This document shows, one piece after another, positions 24,245 to 36,184 of a stretch of DNA of 64,000 nt. The notes under the pieces were generated by a model, which saw nothing but the letters and a program-made list of their open reading frames with translations, was not told the origin of the DNA and searched no databases. The first letter of the stretch is position 1. Every line of letters begins with the position of its first letter. The DNA is from Macrostomum hystrix (lineage: Eukaryota; Animalia; Platyhelminthes). A program made the position numbers and the translations under genes. The stretch lies in assembly GCA_950097015.1 (NCBI GenBank), contig CATNEN010000002.1, positions 2,418,001 to 2,482,000 of the forward strand, in the 5' to 3' direction.

Positions 24245-25095
24245 ATGAGCGGTCTGTTGGTGGCCCAGTTCGACTCGGACACTCGTCAGTGCTCCGTGTT
24301 CAAGTTCATCGTCGTGTGCCACCTCATCGATGGAAAAGCCAGAGACGGGATCAACGCACTGCACTGCTGTGCTGCTTTCGCCAATGCCAGAGCCTTCAAG
24401 TACATGTCAATGAGCAGGAAGCTGATGGACAGTGTGGGCCTCGAATCTTCAAGCCGCGTGGGTGATGAATGAAGATGACGAAGCCAGCAAGAGCAGCTTG
24501 GTGTGCGGCGAGACACAGCAGTGGCAGTCGGAGTCTGTCGAGTTCACCAATGAAGGACTCAGCTTAGATGGGAAAACGTCCTCTATGCTGCTAATGATCG
24601 AAGATTGCTCCAGCACATGACAAGAGGGTCTCACCTGGCTTCTCAGGCTCCGGGTCAGTGGATTCGCGCCAATTATTCGAAACGTGGACTGCAACATTCT
24701 AATTATATGCTACGACCTGTGGACTGGTCTTACTTCAGGCATTCTTGGGCCCCTGTCCCACAGGAACGACAAAACGAGCAGCAATTTTTATGCCATCTGG
24801 CCTTCAAGCACCTTTTGTACCGTAGAGTTTGTCGATCTTGATGTTTTCTCACCGTCTCGAGATCTAAGACAGGCGCTGTTCATTAGCAACTCAAATGTTT
24901 CTCCTCAAAATTGGATAATTTATGAGTCAGCTGTTGTGGAGGACCCGGGACTTGACCTGCTGCTTCATCATGGGATACGGACGTTCACCCGGCGATAAGC
25001 CACTCACGCTGAACGGCAAAATTCGGGCTGTGCTGATGTTTGACCGCGCACTGACTGAGGCTGAGGTCAGCCTTGCTTTCCAGCTGGTGCACTGA
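24245..25095 (+). pseudogene. Disrupted Cys-containing / LamG (ConA-like) domain gene
   Basis: LamG-like pieces LQAAWVMNE, EGLSLDGKTSS and LNGKIRAVLMFDRALTEAEV lie in different frames, with an in-frame TGA at 24618-24620. Assembly error cannot be excluded. Confidence 0.5.
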
Positions 25096-25245
25096 GGCAA
25101 CATGTGCTCACCGCCTGTGCTCAGCAGCGCACAGCAAAATCGATTATTGGCTTGTGGTGAAGTCGAGTCAACAACAACACAATTGAAAAAATACACTGTT
25201 GTTTGGCTTAAAGCGAAATAGTTTTTAGTCCCAATGACAAACTAC

Positions 25246-28200
25246 GCTTGTCACTCTGTCTCCTTGTCACTCTGTCTCCTTGTCACTCTGTCTCCTTGTC
25301 ACTCTGTCTCCTTGTCACTCTGTCTCCTTGTCACTCTGTCTCCTTGTCACTCTGTCTCCTTGTCACTCTGTCTCCTTGTCACTCTGTCTCCTTGTCACTC
25401 TGTCTGCTTGTCACTCTGTCTCCTTGTCACTCTGTCTGCTTGTCACTCTGTCTGCTTGTCACTCTGTCTCCTTGTCACTCTGTCTCCTTGTCACTCTGTC
25501 TGCTTGTCACTCTGTCTGCTTGTCACTCTGTCTCCTTGTCACTCTGTCTCCTTGTCACTCTGTCTGCTTGTCACTCTGTCTGCTTGTCACTCTGTCTCCT
25601 TGTCACTCTGTCTCCTTGTCACTCTGTCTGCTTGTCACTCTGTCTGCTTGTCACTCTGTCTGCTTGTCACTCTGTCTCCTTGTCACTCTGTCTGCTTGTC
25701 ACTCTGTCTGCTTGTCACTCTGTCTCCTTGGCACTCTGTCTCCGTGTCACTCTGTCTGCTTGTCACTCTGTCTCCTTGTCACTCTGTCTGCTTGTCACTC
25801 TGTCTCCTTGTCACTCTGTCTCCTTGTCACTCTGTCTCCTTGTCACTCTGTCCTCTTGTCACTCTGTCTCCTTGTCACTCTGTCTCCTTGTCACTCTGTC
25901 TGCTTGTCACTCTGTCTGCTTGTCACTCTGTATCCTTGTCACTCTGTCTCCTTGTCACTCTGTCTCCTTGTCACTCTGTCTCCTTGTCACTCTGTCCTCT
26001 TGTCACTCTGTCTCCTTGTCACTCTGTCTCCTTGTCACTCTGTCTGCTTGTCACTCTGTCTGCTTGTCACTCTGTCTCCTTGTCACTCTGTCTCCTTGTC
26101 ACTCTGTCCTCTTGTCACTCTGTCTCCTTGTCACTCTGTCTCCTTGTCACTCTGTCTCCTTGTCACTCTGTCCTCTTGTCACTCTGTCTCCTTGTCACTC
26201 TGTCTCCATGTCACTCTGTCTCCTTGTCACTCTGTCTCCTTGTCACTCTGTCCTCTTGTCACTCTGTCTCCTTGTCACTCTGTCCTCTTGTCACTCTGTC
26301 TCCTTGTCACTCTGTCTGCTTGTCACTCTGTCTCCTTGTCACTCTGTCTCCTTGTCACTCTGTCTCCTTGTCACTCTGTCTCCTTGTCACTCTGTCCTCT
26401 TGTCACTCTGTCTCCTTGTCACTCTGTCCTCTTGTCACTCTGTCTCCTTGTCACTCTGTCTGCTTGTCACTCTGTCTGCTTGTCACTCTGTCTCCTTGTC
26501 ACTCTGTCTGCTTGTCACTCTGTCTCCTTGTCACTCTGTCTCCTTGTCACTCTGTCTCCTTGTCACTCTGTCTCCTTGTCACTCTGTCTCCTTGTCACTC
26601 TGTCTCCTTGTCACTCTGTCCTCTTGTCACTCTGTCTCCTTGTCACTCTGTCCTCTTGTCACTCTGTCTCCTTGTCACTCTGTCTGCTTGTCACTCTGTC
26701 TCCTTGTCACTCTGTCTGCTTGTCACTCTGTCTGCTTGTCACTCTGTCTCCTTGTCACTCTGTCCTCTTGTCACTCTGTCTCCTTGTCACTCTGTCTGCT
26801 TGTCACTCTGTCTGCTTGTCACTCTGTCTCCTTGTCACTCTGTCTGCTTGTCACTCTGTCTCCTTGTCACTCTGTCCTCTTGTCACTCTGTCTCCTTGTC
26901 ACTCTGTCTGCTTGTCACTCTGTCTCCTTGTCACTCTGTCTCCTTGTCACTCTGTCTCCTTGTCACTCTGTCTCCTTGTCACTCTGTCCTCTTGTCACTC
27001 TGTCTCCTTGTCACTCTGTCCTCTTGTCACTCTGTCTGCTTGTCACTCTGTCTGCTTGTCACTCTGTCTCCTTGTCACTCTGTCCTCTTGTCACTCTGTC
27101 TCCTTGTCACTCTGTCTGCTTGTCACTCTGTCTCCTTGTCACTCTGTCTCCTTGTCACTCTGTCTGCTTGTCACTCTGTCTGCTTGTCACTCTGTCTCCT
27201 TGTCACTCTGTCTCCTTGTCACTCTGTCCTCTTGTCACTCTGTCTCCTTGTCACTCTGTCTCCTTGTCACTCTGTCTCCTTGTCACTCTGTCTGCTTGTC
27301 ACTCTGTCTGCTTGTCACTCTGTCTGCTTGTCACTCTGTCTCCTTGTCACTCTGTCTGCTTGTCACTCTGTCTCCTTGTCACTCTGTCTCCTTGTCACTC
27401 TGTCTCCTTGTCACTCTGTCTCCTTGTCACTCTGTCTCCTTGTCACTCTGTCTCCTTGTCACTCTGTCTCCTTGTCACTCTGTCCTCTTGTCACTCTGTC
27501 TCCTTGTCACTCTGTCCTCTTGTCACTCTGTCTCCTTGTCACTCTGTCTGCTTGTCACTCTGTCTCCTTGTCACTCTGTCTGCTTGTCACTCTGTCTGCT
27601 TGTCACTCTGTCTCCTTGTCACTCTGTCTCCTTGTCACTCTGTCTGCTTGTCACTCTGTCTGCTTGTCACTCTGTCTGCTTGTCACTCTGTCTCCTTGTC
27701 ACTCTGTCTCCTTGTCACTCTGTCTCCTTGTCACTGTCTGCTTGTCACTCTGTCCTCTTGTCACTCTGTCTGCTTGTCACTCTGTCTCCTTGTCACTCTG
27801 TCCTCTTGTCACTCTGTCTCCTTGTCACTCTGTCTGCTTGTCACACTGTCTGCTTGTCACTCTGTCCTCTTGTCACTCTGTCTGCTTGTCACTCTGTCTG
27901 CTTGTCACTCTGTCTGCTTGTCACTCTGTCTGCTTGTCACTCTGTCTCCTTGGCACTCTGTCTCCTTGTCACTCTGTCTCCTTGTCACTCTGTCTGCTTG
28001 TCACTCTGTCTCCTTGTCACTCTGTCTGCTTGTCACTCTGTCTGCTTGTCACTCTGTCTGCTTGTCACTCTGTCTCCTTGTCACTCTGTCTCCTTGTCAC
28101 TCTGTCTCCTTGTCACTCTGTCTCCTTGTCACTCTGTCTGCTTTTCACGCTGTCTGCTTGTCACTCTGTCTGCTTGTCACTCTGTCTCCTTGTCACTCTG

Positions 28201-28670
28201 TCTGCTTGTCACTCTGTCTGCTTGTCACTCTGTCCTCTTGTCACTCTGTCTCCTTGTCACTCTGTCCTCTTGTCACTCTGTCTGCTTGTCACTCTGTCTG
28301 CTTGTCACTCTGTCTGCTTGTCACTCTGTCTCCTTGTCACTCTGTCTCCTTGTCACTCTGTCTCCTTGTCACTCTGTCCTCTTGTCACTCTGTCTCCTTG
28401 TCACTCTGTCTCCTTGTCACTCTGTCTCCTTGTCACTCTGTCTGCTTGTCACTCTGTCTCCTTGTCACTCTGTCTGCTTGTCACTCTGTCCTCTTGTCAC
28501 TCTGTCTCCTTGTCACTCTGTCTGCTTGTCACTCTGTCTCCTTGTCACTCTGTCTGCTTGTCACTCTGTATCCTTGTCACTCTGTCTGCTTGTCACTCTG
28601 TCTCCTTGTCACTCTGTCTGCTTGTCACTCTGCCTCCTTGTTACTCTTTCCTATTGTCACTGTCTTATAA
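25246..28670. repeat. 16-bp satellite (CTTGTCACTCTGTCTC)n, ~3.4 kb, about 210 units
   Basis: Continuous array with three main variants (CTCC, CTGC, CCTC). The three >1100-aa ORFs are artefacts. Confidence 0.98.
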
Positions 28671-28690
28671 TGACAGGTAGAGTGAGAATA

Positions 28691-28911
28691 GAAGAGGTTG
28701 TAGCCTTGTGGTTAGGGCGTCAGACTTACGACTTGAAGCTCGGGGGTTCGATTCCCGACTCCACTGGAACAATTTGTGTCCTTTAGCAAGACACTTAACT
28801 CTGCATTGCTAAAGTTCATCCAGCTGTTAAATTGGCCCAATTAGTTAATAAATTATTATTGTCACTCTGTACCCTTGGCCCTTTGTATTTTACAGCAAAT
28901 AAATAAATAAA
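28691..28911 (+). mobile_element. tRNA-derived SINE family 1, near full length, with CORE-like domain and (AAAT)n tail
   Basis: A box TAGCCTTGTGG and B box GGTTCGATTCC, then TGTGTCCTTTAGCAAGACACTTAACTCTGC...CAGCTGTTAAATTGG; ends in AAATAAATAAATAAA. Confidence 0.8.
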
Positions 28912-29354
28912 GTCCACAAAAGGAAAATTGAATTACTCTCTTTATAGAGAAGATCAGCATGATCTCTGCTCGTACTCGTATAATTATCTAATAACTTTTG
29001 AATACAAGTGCATTTCATAAAACTCGTATCTAAGTTTTTTTTCAGAGCCTGAGAAACTGTGTCAGCAATTTGGACTGGCTTTCATTTATCCTGGGAGAAT
29101 TGTGGGGCCGACCACTGGTTGGATTAGTGAAACTCGCAGGAGTAAAACATGGGACGCCGCTGCTGTTGCTGAAGGTAGGTGCCAGTAAGTCTTTAGGGAA
29201 ACCCACCCTGGTTAAGGTTTTGCAGTTCATGCGCCTCCCGCGGATAAGGCGAATAACGGTTGCCATAGCGACTAGGCGAGCAGTCTGGGTGACAAGGCAG
29301 CTTTCGCGCAGCAACTTTTTAGACATGTTAGGTTTTAGATTTATTGGTTTTCAT

Positions 29355-29535
29355 TATTTCCAGATTTCCCCTTATTTACCGTTTCCCGGATTTACCGGTG
29401 TCCCAGATCTACCGGTATCCCGGATTTACCGGTATCCCGTATTAACCGGTTTCCCATATTTACCGGTCTCTCAGATGTACCGGTTTTTTCAGATTTACCG
29501 TTTTCACTTATTTACCGGTTGCTCAGATTTACCCT
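29355..29535. repeat. Degenerate ATTTACCGGT-type minisatellite
   Basis: Repeated TTTACCG(G/T)T units. Confidence 0.75.
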
Positions 29536-29854
29536 GGTTTTTGGTTCGTCATTTGAACTTAAATTTTTGCTAACTTTTACATTTCTACTTTTAGTAGGTA
29601 AGTTAAAAAAAATTCTGATTTTTTTTCTAGTAAAAAGACTTGCCACTCTGAGGATAACTTTCTCGCTGATCGCATTGGCTTTGCGCTAGAGACATCTCTT
29701 CATAATGACTATCCTGCATTTGAGCACAAGCGAGAACTTTTGCTGCTGCTTTACTGGTACACGTCCAGGGCCCTGGGGATCGCGCTTACCTGGAGGGCAT
29801 GTCGAATTGGGATTCTAAACGGTAAACGGTGAACAGTGACTTGTAAGTGATGAT

Positions 29855-30060
29855 TTATGAATGGTGAATGGTGAATGGTGAAGGTGAATGGTGAATGGTG
29901 AGGGGTGAATGGTGAATGGGGAATGGTAACTGGTGATGGTGAATCGTGAATGGTGAATGGTGAATGGTGAATGGTGAATGAGGAATGGTGAATGGTAAAT
30001 TGTGAATGGTGAATGAGGAATGGTGAATGATGAATGGCGAATTGGGATTTGTGAATGGGG
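29855..30060. repeat. (GAATGGT)n 7-bp repeat
   Basis: Directly visible. Confidence 0.9.
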
Positions 30061-30134
30061 AATTTAGAATTAAATAAAGAAAATAGACCTCACTTTTTAC
30101 TTAACAGCTGGTTTGCTTGCGACGTGCACTGATG

Positions 30135-30495
30135 TTATGAGTAGAAATGGGTAGGAATGAGTAAGACTGAGTAGGACTGAGTAGGAATGAATAGGAATGA
30201 GTTGGAATGAGTAGGACTGAGCAGTAATGAATAGGAATGAGTAGGACTGAGTAGGACTGAGTAGGAATGAATAGGAATGAGTAGGAATGAGTAGGAATGA
30301 GTAGGAATGAGTAGGACTGAGTAGGAATGAATAGGAATGAGTAGGACTGAGTAGGACTGAGTAGGAATGAATAGGAATGAGTAGGAATGAGTAGGAATGA
30401 GTAGGAATGAATAGGAATGAGTAAGACTGAGTAGGACTGAGTAGGAATGAGTAGGAATGAGTAGGAATGAGTAGGAATGGGTAGGAGTAGTAGGA
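30135..30495. repeat. (GAGTAGGAAT)n 10-bp repeat
   Basis: Directly visible; overlapping ORFs are spurious. Confidence 0.95.
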
Positions 30496-30909
30496 ACCAC
30501 ATTGCGACAACATGAAAACAAAAAGTGTTTTAAAGTCCATCTATGCATTAAAACAAGCTTACATTCAATTCAATTCAATTAAATTTCTTATTTCAATCGC
30601 TTGGGTGGGCGCGGCTTTAGCTCGCCAGAGGCCAGTAAAGCTAAGCGTGACCAATGAAAACAATCAGACAGAAAAGAAGAGGCGGGGAGTTCAGGCCAGT
30701 GACCTTCCCCCAGCCCATCGCCGCATGCAGTGGGGTCAGAGGGGGGAGGGGGGTGGGGCGTGCCTGTCTAGCCCAACCTCTGGCCCGACTGGCATGGAGG
30801 CCAGCACAAAAACAAATAAAATACTCGTAAAATGAATTATTTTTATTTAGGCCTAAAGATAAACACGATGATGCGGCAGCTTTGCTGCAGTTTACTTGTC
30901 TGTATAGTT

Positions 30910-32777
30910 TTAGTCTCTGTCAAAGCAGTTCATGATTTCTCGGAACTGCAGCAGGCCCGGCTCGGCGCTGATGCCGCCAGTGGCCGAGGACAGCAGAGCC
31001 CCGGCCTCGCCAGTCAGCAGCTTGCGAAAAAGATCCTCGTTGAGGGTCACCTTCACGTCAGGCTTCGGCTTGAGGCCCGTGTTGACGAGGTCCACGATGC
31101 CCTCGCGGATGTGGAATCTGTGTTATCCAATTTGAATATCAAAAGCGCATCTTTCCATCTCTGAGTTTTGGTGCTTGCTGATGGGCTAAATATTATTCTC
31201 AGTAAACTCCCAATCACCACCTACCTTATGACCTTCTCAGAATCCGGAAAGTTGAACTCAACGAGTTTATCCAGATGGCTGCAATCCTCAAAGTTGAATC
31301 GATAGCGAAACATCTGGAATAGCGTCTCCAGATTCACGGAGAAGATTGTCCGAGAGCGCACGTCCTTCCGCAGGCTGGTGTCAATCTTGCCCAGCTCTTC
31401 ATAGGCGCAGGTGGTGTAGTAGTTGTAGCCGTTGGCACTAATCTGACCAGCAGCCAGTTCGAAGATGGCCTTCACTTTCAGCTCACGAGCGGGAGTTGAA
31501 GTCGGGCTCGCTCGCAGAGCAGCTGACGCCAGCTGAAGCGCCCACTGAAAGTCGCTTTTGGCCAGAGCGTCAGAGGCGGCTGTTAAAATTTTGTCTTCGC
31601 CGCCAGCCAGCTGCACCAGCCGCACCGCCTGCTGCTCTGTGCTCAATGGGCTCAGCTCCTCTGCGTAGCCGCTGAACCAGCCGAGGTAGCCGGCAAAGAG
31701 ACCCTTCACGGACCATGCCACGGTGCCGTAGAACTCCTGGAGGTAATCGTGCTCTGCAAGTCGCTTAGTTAGGCTCACCTTTTGCGCGATGTCGTCTGGA
31801 TGCAGTCCGCGATTCATCCAACGCACCGTCTGGTCGTGCACCGTCTGCACAGCATCCCTGTAGGTCAGCAGAAGCTCTCTGATCTGCTTCTTGCCGACGA
31901 TCGGCCGCGTGTGACTGGGCACCAGGTATTCAGCATTTAGGGCGTTCATGCGGTCCAACGACTCGGTCCACAACTCCAGGCTACGAAACGGGGTGCCACG
32001 GATGGCGTACAGGTTAGGGAAAGCCTTGTACACATCATCAGCGCAGAAGAGTGCCTGCTTCTCTGGCCAGTAGACAGCAATCTGATCGTCAGTTTCGCCA
32101 GGTATATGCATCAGCTTCAGCTTTAGTCCAGCGATGGTTACATCCGCCTCGGCAGTGTCCAAGAACCGGTTTGGAGGGACAAAGCCTGAGCGGAACTGCT
32201 TCCGGCCGAAGTTGAGGCCGAAGCCGATGCCCGAGTTTGGTGTGTTTTCTCGCTCAATAAGTGCCCCAAATTGTCTCATCGCGCGCTTGTAGATGACGGG
32301 CCCTGTAACGTAGTTTGTGAGACGGAAGATTTCCATAAGGCTCCGATGGGACCAGATATGCACCGATGAGTTGCCTTCGACGTCTTTCAGGAACGCTTCA
32401 GCTCCGTTCACATGGTCTTGATGGTTGTGAGTATAGACGATTGCCTTCACGGGTGACTTTGTGACTTTTCGGAAGGCTTCGTAAATGAGCTCTGCGGCTT
32501 CCATGGACTCTACCGTGTCGATGATGATGGCTCCTTCGGGTGCCTCAATAAGTATTGAGTTGGCCAGAGCGTAACCTATGGCGACGTAGATGCCCTCCGT
32601 AACCCTCAGCACTTCGGGTTTGTTAAACTCGTTGGCATGTGTCTTGAGCTTTCTGGCATTGTTAGTGTTGGCTCTGCCGTATTCGACTATGCGCTCCACG
32701 GACCGATGCTCTTGCCACTTTGAGCCCACAATGTAGGCAATGAGAGCCACGCAAAGGATACGGAATATGCGCTCCAT
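30910..32777 (-). CDS. Alkyl/aryl sulfatase, SdsA1/BDS1 family (metallo-beta-lactamase, dimerisation and SCP2-like domains)
   Basis: Motifs THNHQDH, PGETDDQ, ADDVYKAFPNLYAIRGT, LVPSHTRP and EFYGTVAWSV...YLGWFSG. ATG at 32777 followed by a hydrophobic N-terminal anchor. Exons 32777-31225 and 31117-30910 (donor GTAGGT, acceptor AACACAG); the last exon encodes FHIREGIVDL...PDVKVTL...FREIMNCFD. Confidence 0.9.
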
Positions 32778-35023
32778 GTTGAAAATTATCTTCTTGAGCA
32801 CTGACTAGTCCGAGGTGAAGACCTCATTGAAAGGGTGTGAAACCGCTTCTTTATGGGCGAAGATTTTGCTTATATATTTGTATTCTTTGCAACGAACTTT
32901 GACCAGCGTCAGATATTTTGCTCAGTATATTTGGTTCGTTTGAAGGTTGCTACTCAAGCAGGTCAAGTGATTTACAGCCGATAAAGGTGGGCGTACTCAG
33001 AATTCAAGTTTCATATACAACTAAACTACCCTCATTGCTCGAGCCTTAAAACAGATTGTCTATCTCAAAAGATATATCTCTATCTCTAAAGAGAAGTACA
33101 TTAAATTATACAGTGAATTGAAGAGTCGAAGTTCAAGCCTGGCTAGAAAAGAAGCGCACATTTGACGTTAAACGGGCAGCAAATAAAATGCATAAAGTTT
33201 CATAGAATGGGCGGTCCGGTTACATCGAGGTGCGTGCCTGCAAGGCCATATCTAGAAAATGATAGCCTAGAGTTGTACATAAGGTGCGTTCAAGTGCTCG
33301 GTAAGCAATGCCATCTAGGAGTCGTTTGCCACTACTAGAGGGACTCCTACGGTAGTTGAATTTTTGTGCGCCTTTTGGTACTGGGTAAATTGTGCACTGA
33401 AAAACAACTGTCGCTAGTCCGTCTGTCTACCAGGAGCCATCTAAAGCCTGTCCCTAATCCCCGAAATGATGTAGATTCTGCCTGCGCCCTTTGGCGATTC
33501 GACCGCTCGGACCAGATCCCCCACGGCCTCGACTGTTCGTCTTTCATACCTCCCCTTGATGGCCTCTTTTTCCCTGTCTCTGCGCAAACTAAACCAATTA
33601 AAGTATCTTCGATTCAATTGGCCACTGATTAAGCGGTTGGCCCAGGCAGCCAAGTCAATTAACGAGTTGGTAACGCGGGAAGAAGAACGATTTCCTGGAA
33701 AAGTTGGGAAATCCAGAGCTCATCACGAATTCCCGCGGGAACTGGGATGCATCTTTTTCTGTCTGCAGCCCGGTCTGTCTGAGAGGCCAGCGATTGCTTG
33801 GACACTCAAGTCCATCAGCAGTCCATCACGCTGCAATGTTTGCACTGTCAGACACTGTATTCGGACTAGAGTTTCTGGGGAGCCGCTATCTCCTGATAGA
33901 CCCATGGGAAGTGAATGAAGTTCGATCGCAATCATTTTCAGGTGAAGTTCGTGATGCTTGCTCGTAGATGCTTCCGTTCTGCCAGAGCCGGAGAGATCTA
34001 GAGATCTAGAGATATAGAGAAACTATGAAGGGAGAAGGAGAGATAGAGAGTGGTGGAGTGCCCATGCGGGCTAAGCGCCACTTTCGCAAAGTGCCTTCCT
34101 CCACTTTCGCAAACGCGGTCCAAATCCGCATCTGGACCTTCCACTTCCTCTTTTTCTCCTTCGCCCCACCCAATGCGCCATAACTCCCAAATATTTTCTT
34201 CATTTCGGACCGTCCCTTTGCTTCTGCGCAAATCGCGGACCATCGAGACCGCACAATATAGAATTTTTCGAGAGTTTTCTCTTCTCTCTTCATAAATCTG
34301 GGCCAGCTTCCTCCACCTTATTATATGGTCTGTTAGTATTAGTGTGTTCGCGATAGCGGGGCAAGTGTGGCATAGTGTAGCAAAAAGTAGCGGAGGCTCT
34401 GCGTGTCAAAATAAATCCTTCGCCTCATTTCACCCCAAGTACAGACGGTGCAGGCAAGGGCAAGCAAGCGAAAGAATAGAATCCCGGTAGCGAGGCCAGC
34501 CAAGCACCAGTATTGTGATTGATTCGACTCTGATCTACAAACCCGTTAAATGGGGCCTTCGCGCTAAATCGACAAGATCTCTGCTGCTCGATCTATCTCT
34601 GACTCGACAAAAAGTGTGCGGCTTGTGTTAAACTGGCTTTTAATTTCGCCCCGCACCGTCATTCGTTATCGGCTTCTTCGGCTCAGCAGCTATCCAGCAT
34701 ATTTTCCTGTCTATGCAGCATCTTCGACAGAGACGAACTGCGCCCTTATCTAGCAGCAGAACTCCGGACCTACCGCCCTTGGGATATTGATCAGGCTCTC
34801 CATCAGGCCAGCCAGTCACAAGCTAGACCCAAAACTCCCCTCTAAGACTGAGCGTCCTTCCCGTGCCAATCGGTCCAAAGCCTCAGCCACTCCTTCCTCG
34901 GCACTTTATCAGTTGCTAGCCTATTTAGATAGGCCCTCCTAACTCTCAGCCTACGAGGTCCTAGTTCCACCTATTAGGCAACTGTCTTTCTTATCCGCTC
35001 TGTTGCAATCCATTGAAAACCGG

Positions 35024-36184
35024 ATGAGCAGCGGTAGCGGACTTTCGTCGCCGAACAAAGCAGCAACAGCAGGGCCTGGTGGCGGCAACTCCAGCAACAA
35101 GTCCGCCAGTCTGACGGTTATCAACGAACTGCCTGAAGCTGAGGCGATAACCCCTACTGCGGAAAGCAGGCTGTCAGTAGCTGCAGCTTCTGCTTCACCG
35201 GATGAATATCACATGACGCCAAAAGCGCCGCTTCCTGCGCCACCGCCTCCAGCGGGTATTTTCGGTGACGCGCGGCCCACGCTGTTGGGACCAGCGGATC
35301 TGCTACGGCTTCAGCGGAAGCATGAGAAGGCATTGCGACGCGCCAATGAGAAGGCGCATGCAGCGGCTGCGGAGGCTAAAAAGCGGAAGAAGCTGAAGAA
35401 GCAGAAGAAGATCCGTGACGAGCGCAACAACAGCGGCAAAGACCGAAATCACCACTATGACGATGAAGAAGACATCGGGGAAGCTGTCGAAGAGGATCCG
35501 GACGAAGAACGGCGTAGTCGCCGTCGCCAGCTCCCAAAAGCGTCGACCTGCAAGAGTGCTCTTGTGGCCATCTACTACACGGTCACAATTCTGTCGGCAG
35601 TGTCGGCAGCGGCCCTACTATTTATCGGGCTTCAATACCGGGTCAAGGGTGCCCTGGTTTCCGGCACTTTGCTGGCTTTCTCAGCTTTCGGCTTATGCAC
35701 AAATCACTGCTTCAGCCAGAGCCTTGGCGTTGCTAAGCAACTTACCCCGCAGGAGGTGGCTGCGGCTAGTGAAGAGCGGCAAATCCTCGAGCGAAGCCTG
35801 AGCTTGGCGCCGCAAGTGCCGCAGCTGCAATCATCAGGGGAAGCCACCGTCACCGAGGAGCGCAAGAAATCGATGACACCGTCGCTTGGACCAGCGGACT
35901 CCCTGCAGCCTCAGCAGCAGCAGCGAATGTCAGTTGCCAGCGCAGTTGACAGCATGCTAGCCAGACGGTTGTCAACCTTGGCTGTGTTCCCGGATCCGGC
36001 TACGCGTCTGATGATGCGCCAGCAGCACCTCCATCATCCGCAGCAGCTGCATCATCAGCGAAGGCGAAGCTCGATGCTTCACCTGGCCAGGTCGATGTCG
36101 CTGGCTGCCGCGGCTCATCACACAGATCCTGGATGGATCGGCCATCCGACAGCAGGCATGGAGGACTACACGGAGTTCGTTTAA
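35024..36184 (+). CDS. Intronless orphan protein with two predicted TM helices, K/E-rich and Q/H-rich low-complexity regions
   Basis: ORF of about 386 aa from ATG 35024; hydrophobic pair VAIYYTVTILSAVSAAALLFIGL and GALVSGTLLAFSAFGLC; GC and codon usage like neighbouring exons. Confidence 0.75.
   Translation: MSSGSGLSSPNKAATAGPGGGNSSNKSASLTVINELPEAEAITPTAESRLSVAAASASPDEYHMTPKAPLPAPPPPAGIFGDARPTLLGPADLLRLQRKHEKALRRANEKAHAAAAEAKKRKKLKKQKKIRDERNNSGKDRNHHYDDEEDIGEAVEEDPDEERRSRRRQLPKASTCKSALVAIYYTVTILSAVSAAALLFIGLQYRVKGALVSGTLLAFSAFGLCTNHCFSQSLGVAKQLTPQEVAAASEERQILERSLSLAPQVPQLQSSGEATVTEERKKSMTPSLGPADSLQPQQQQRMSVASAVDSMLARRLSTLAVFPDPATRLMMRQQHLHHPQQLHHQRRRSSMLHLARSMSLAAAAHHTDPGWIGHPTAGMEDYTEFV

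Noticed and set aside
25234-28786. Three ORFs of more than 1100 aa, rich in Cys/Leu/Ser
   Set aside because: They are translations of a stop-free 16-bp satellite in all three frames.
29042-29801. Possible small spliced gene on the - strand (MPS.../RYGNRYSPYPREAHELQ...)
   Set aside because: Splice phases can be made to fit, but the product is short, has no recognisable domain, and the evidence is insufficient.
33347-34295. Cluster of short ORFs
   Set aside because: No coherent domain or splice model could be supported.
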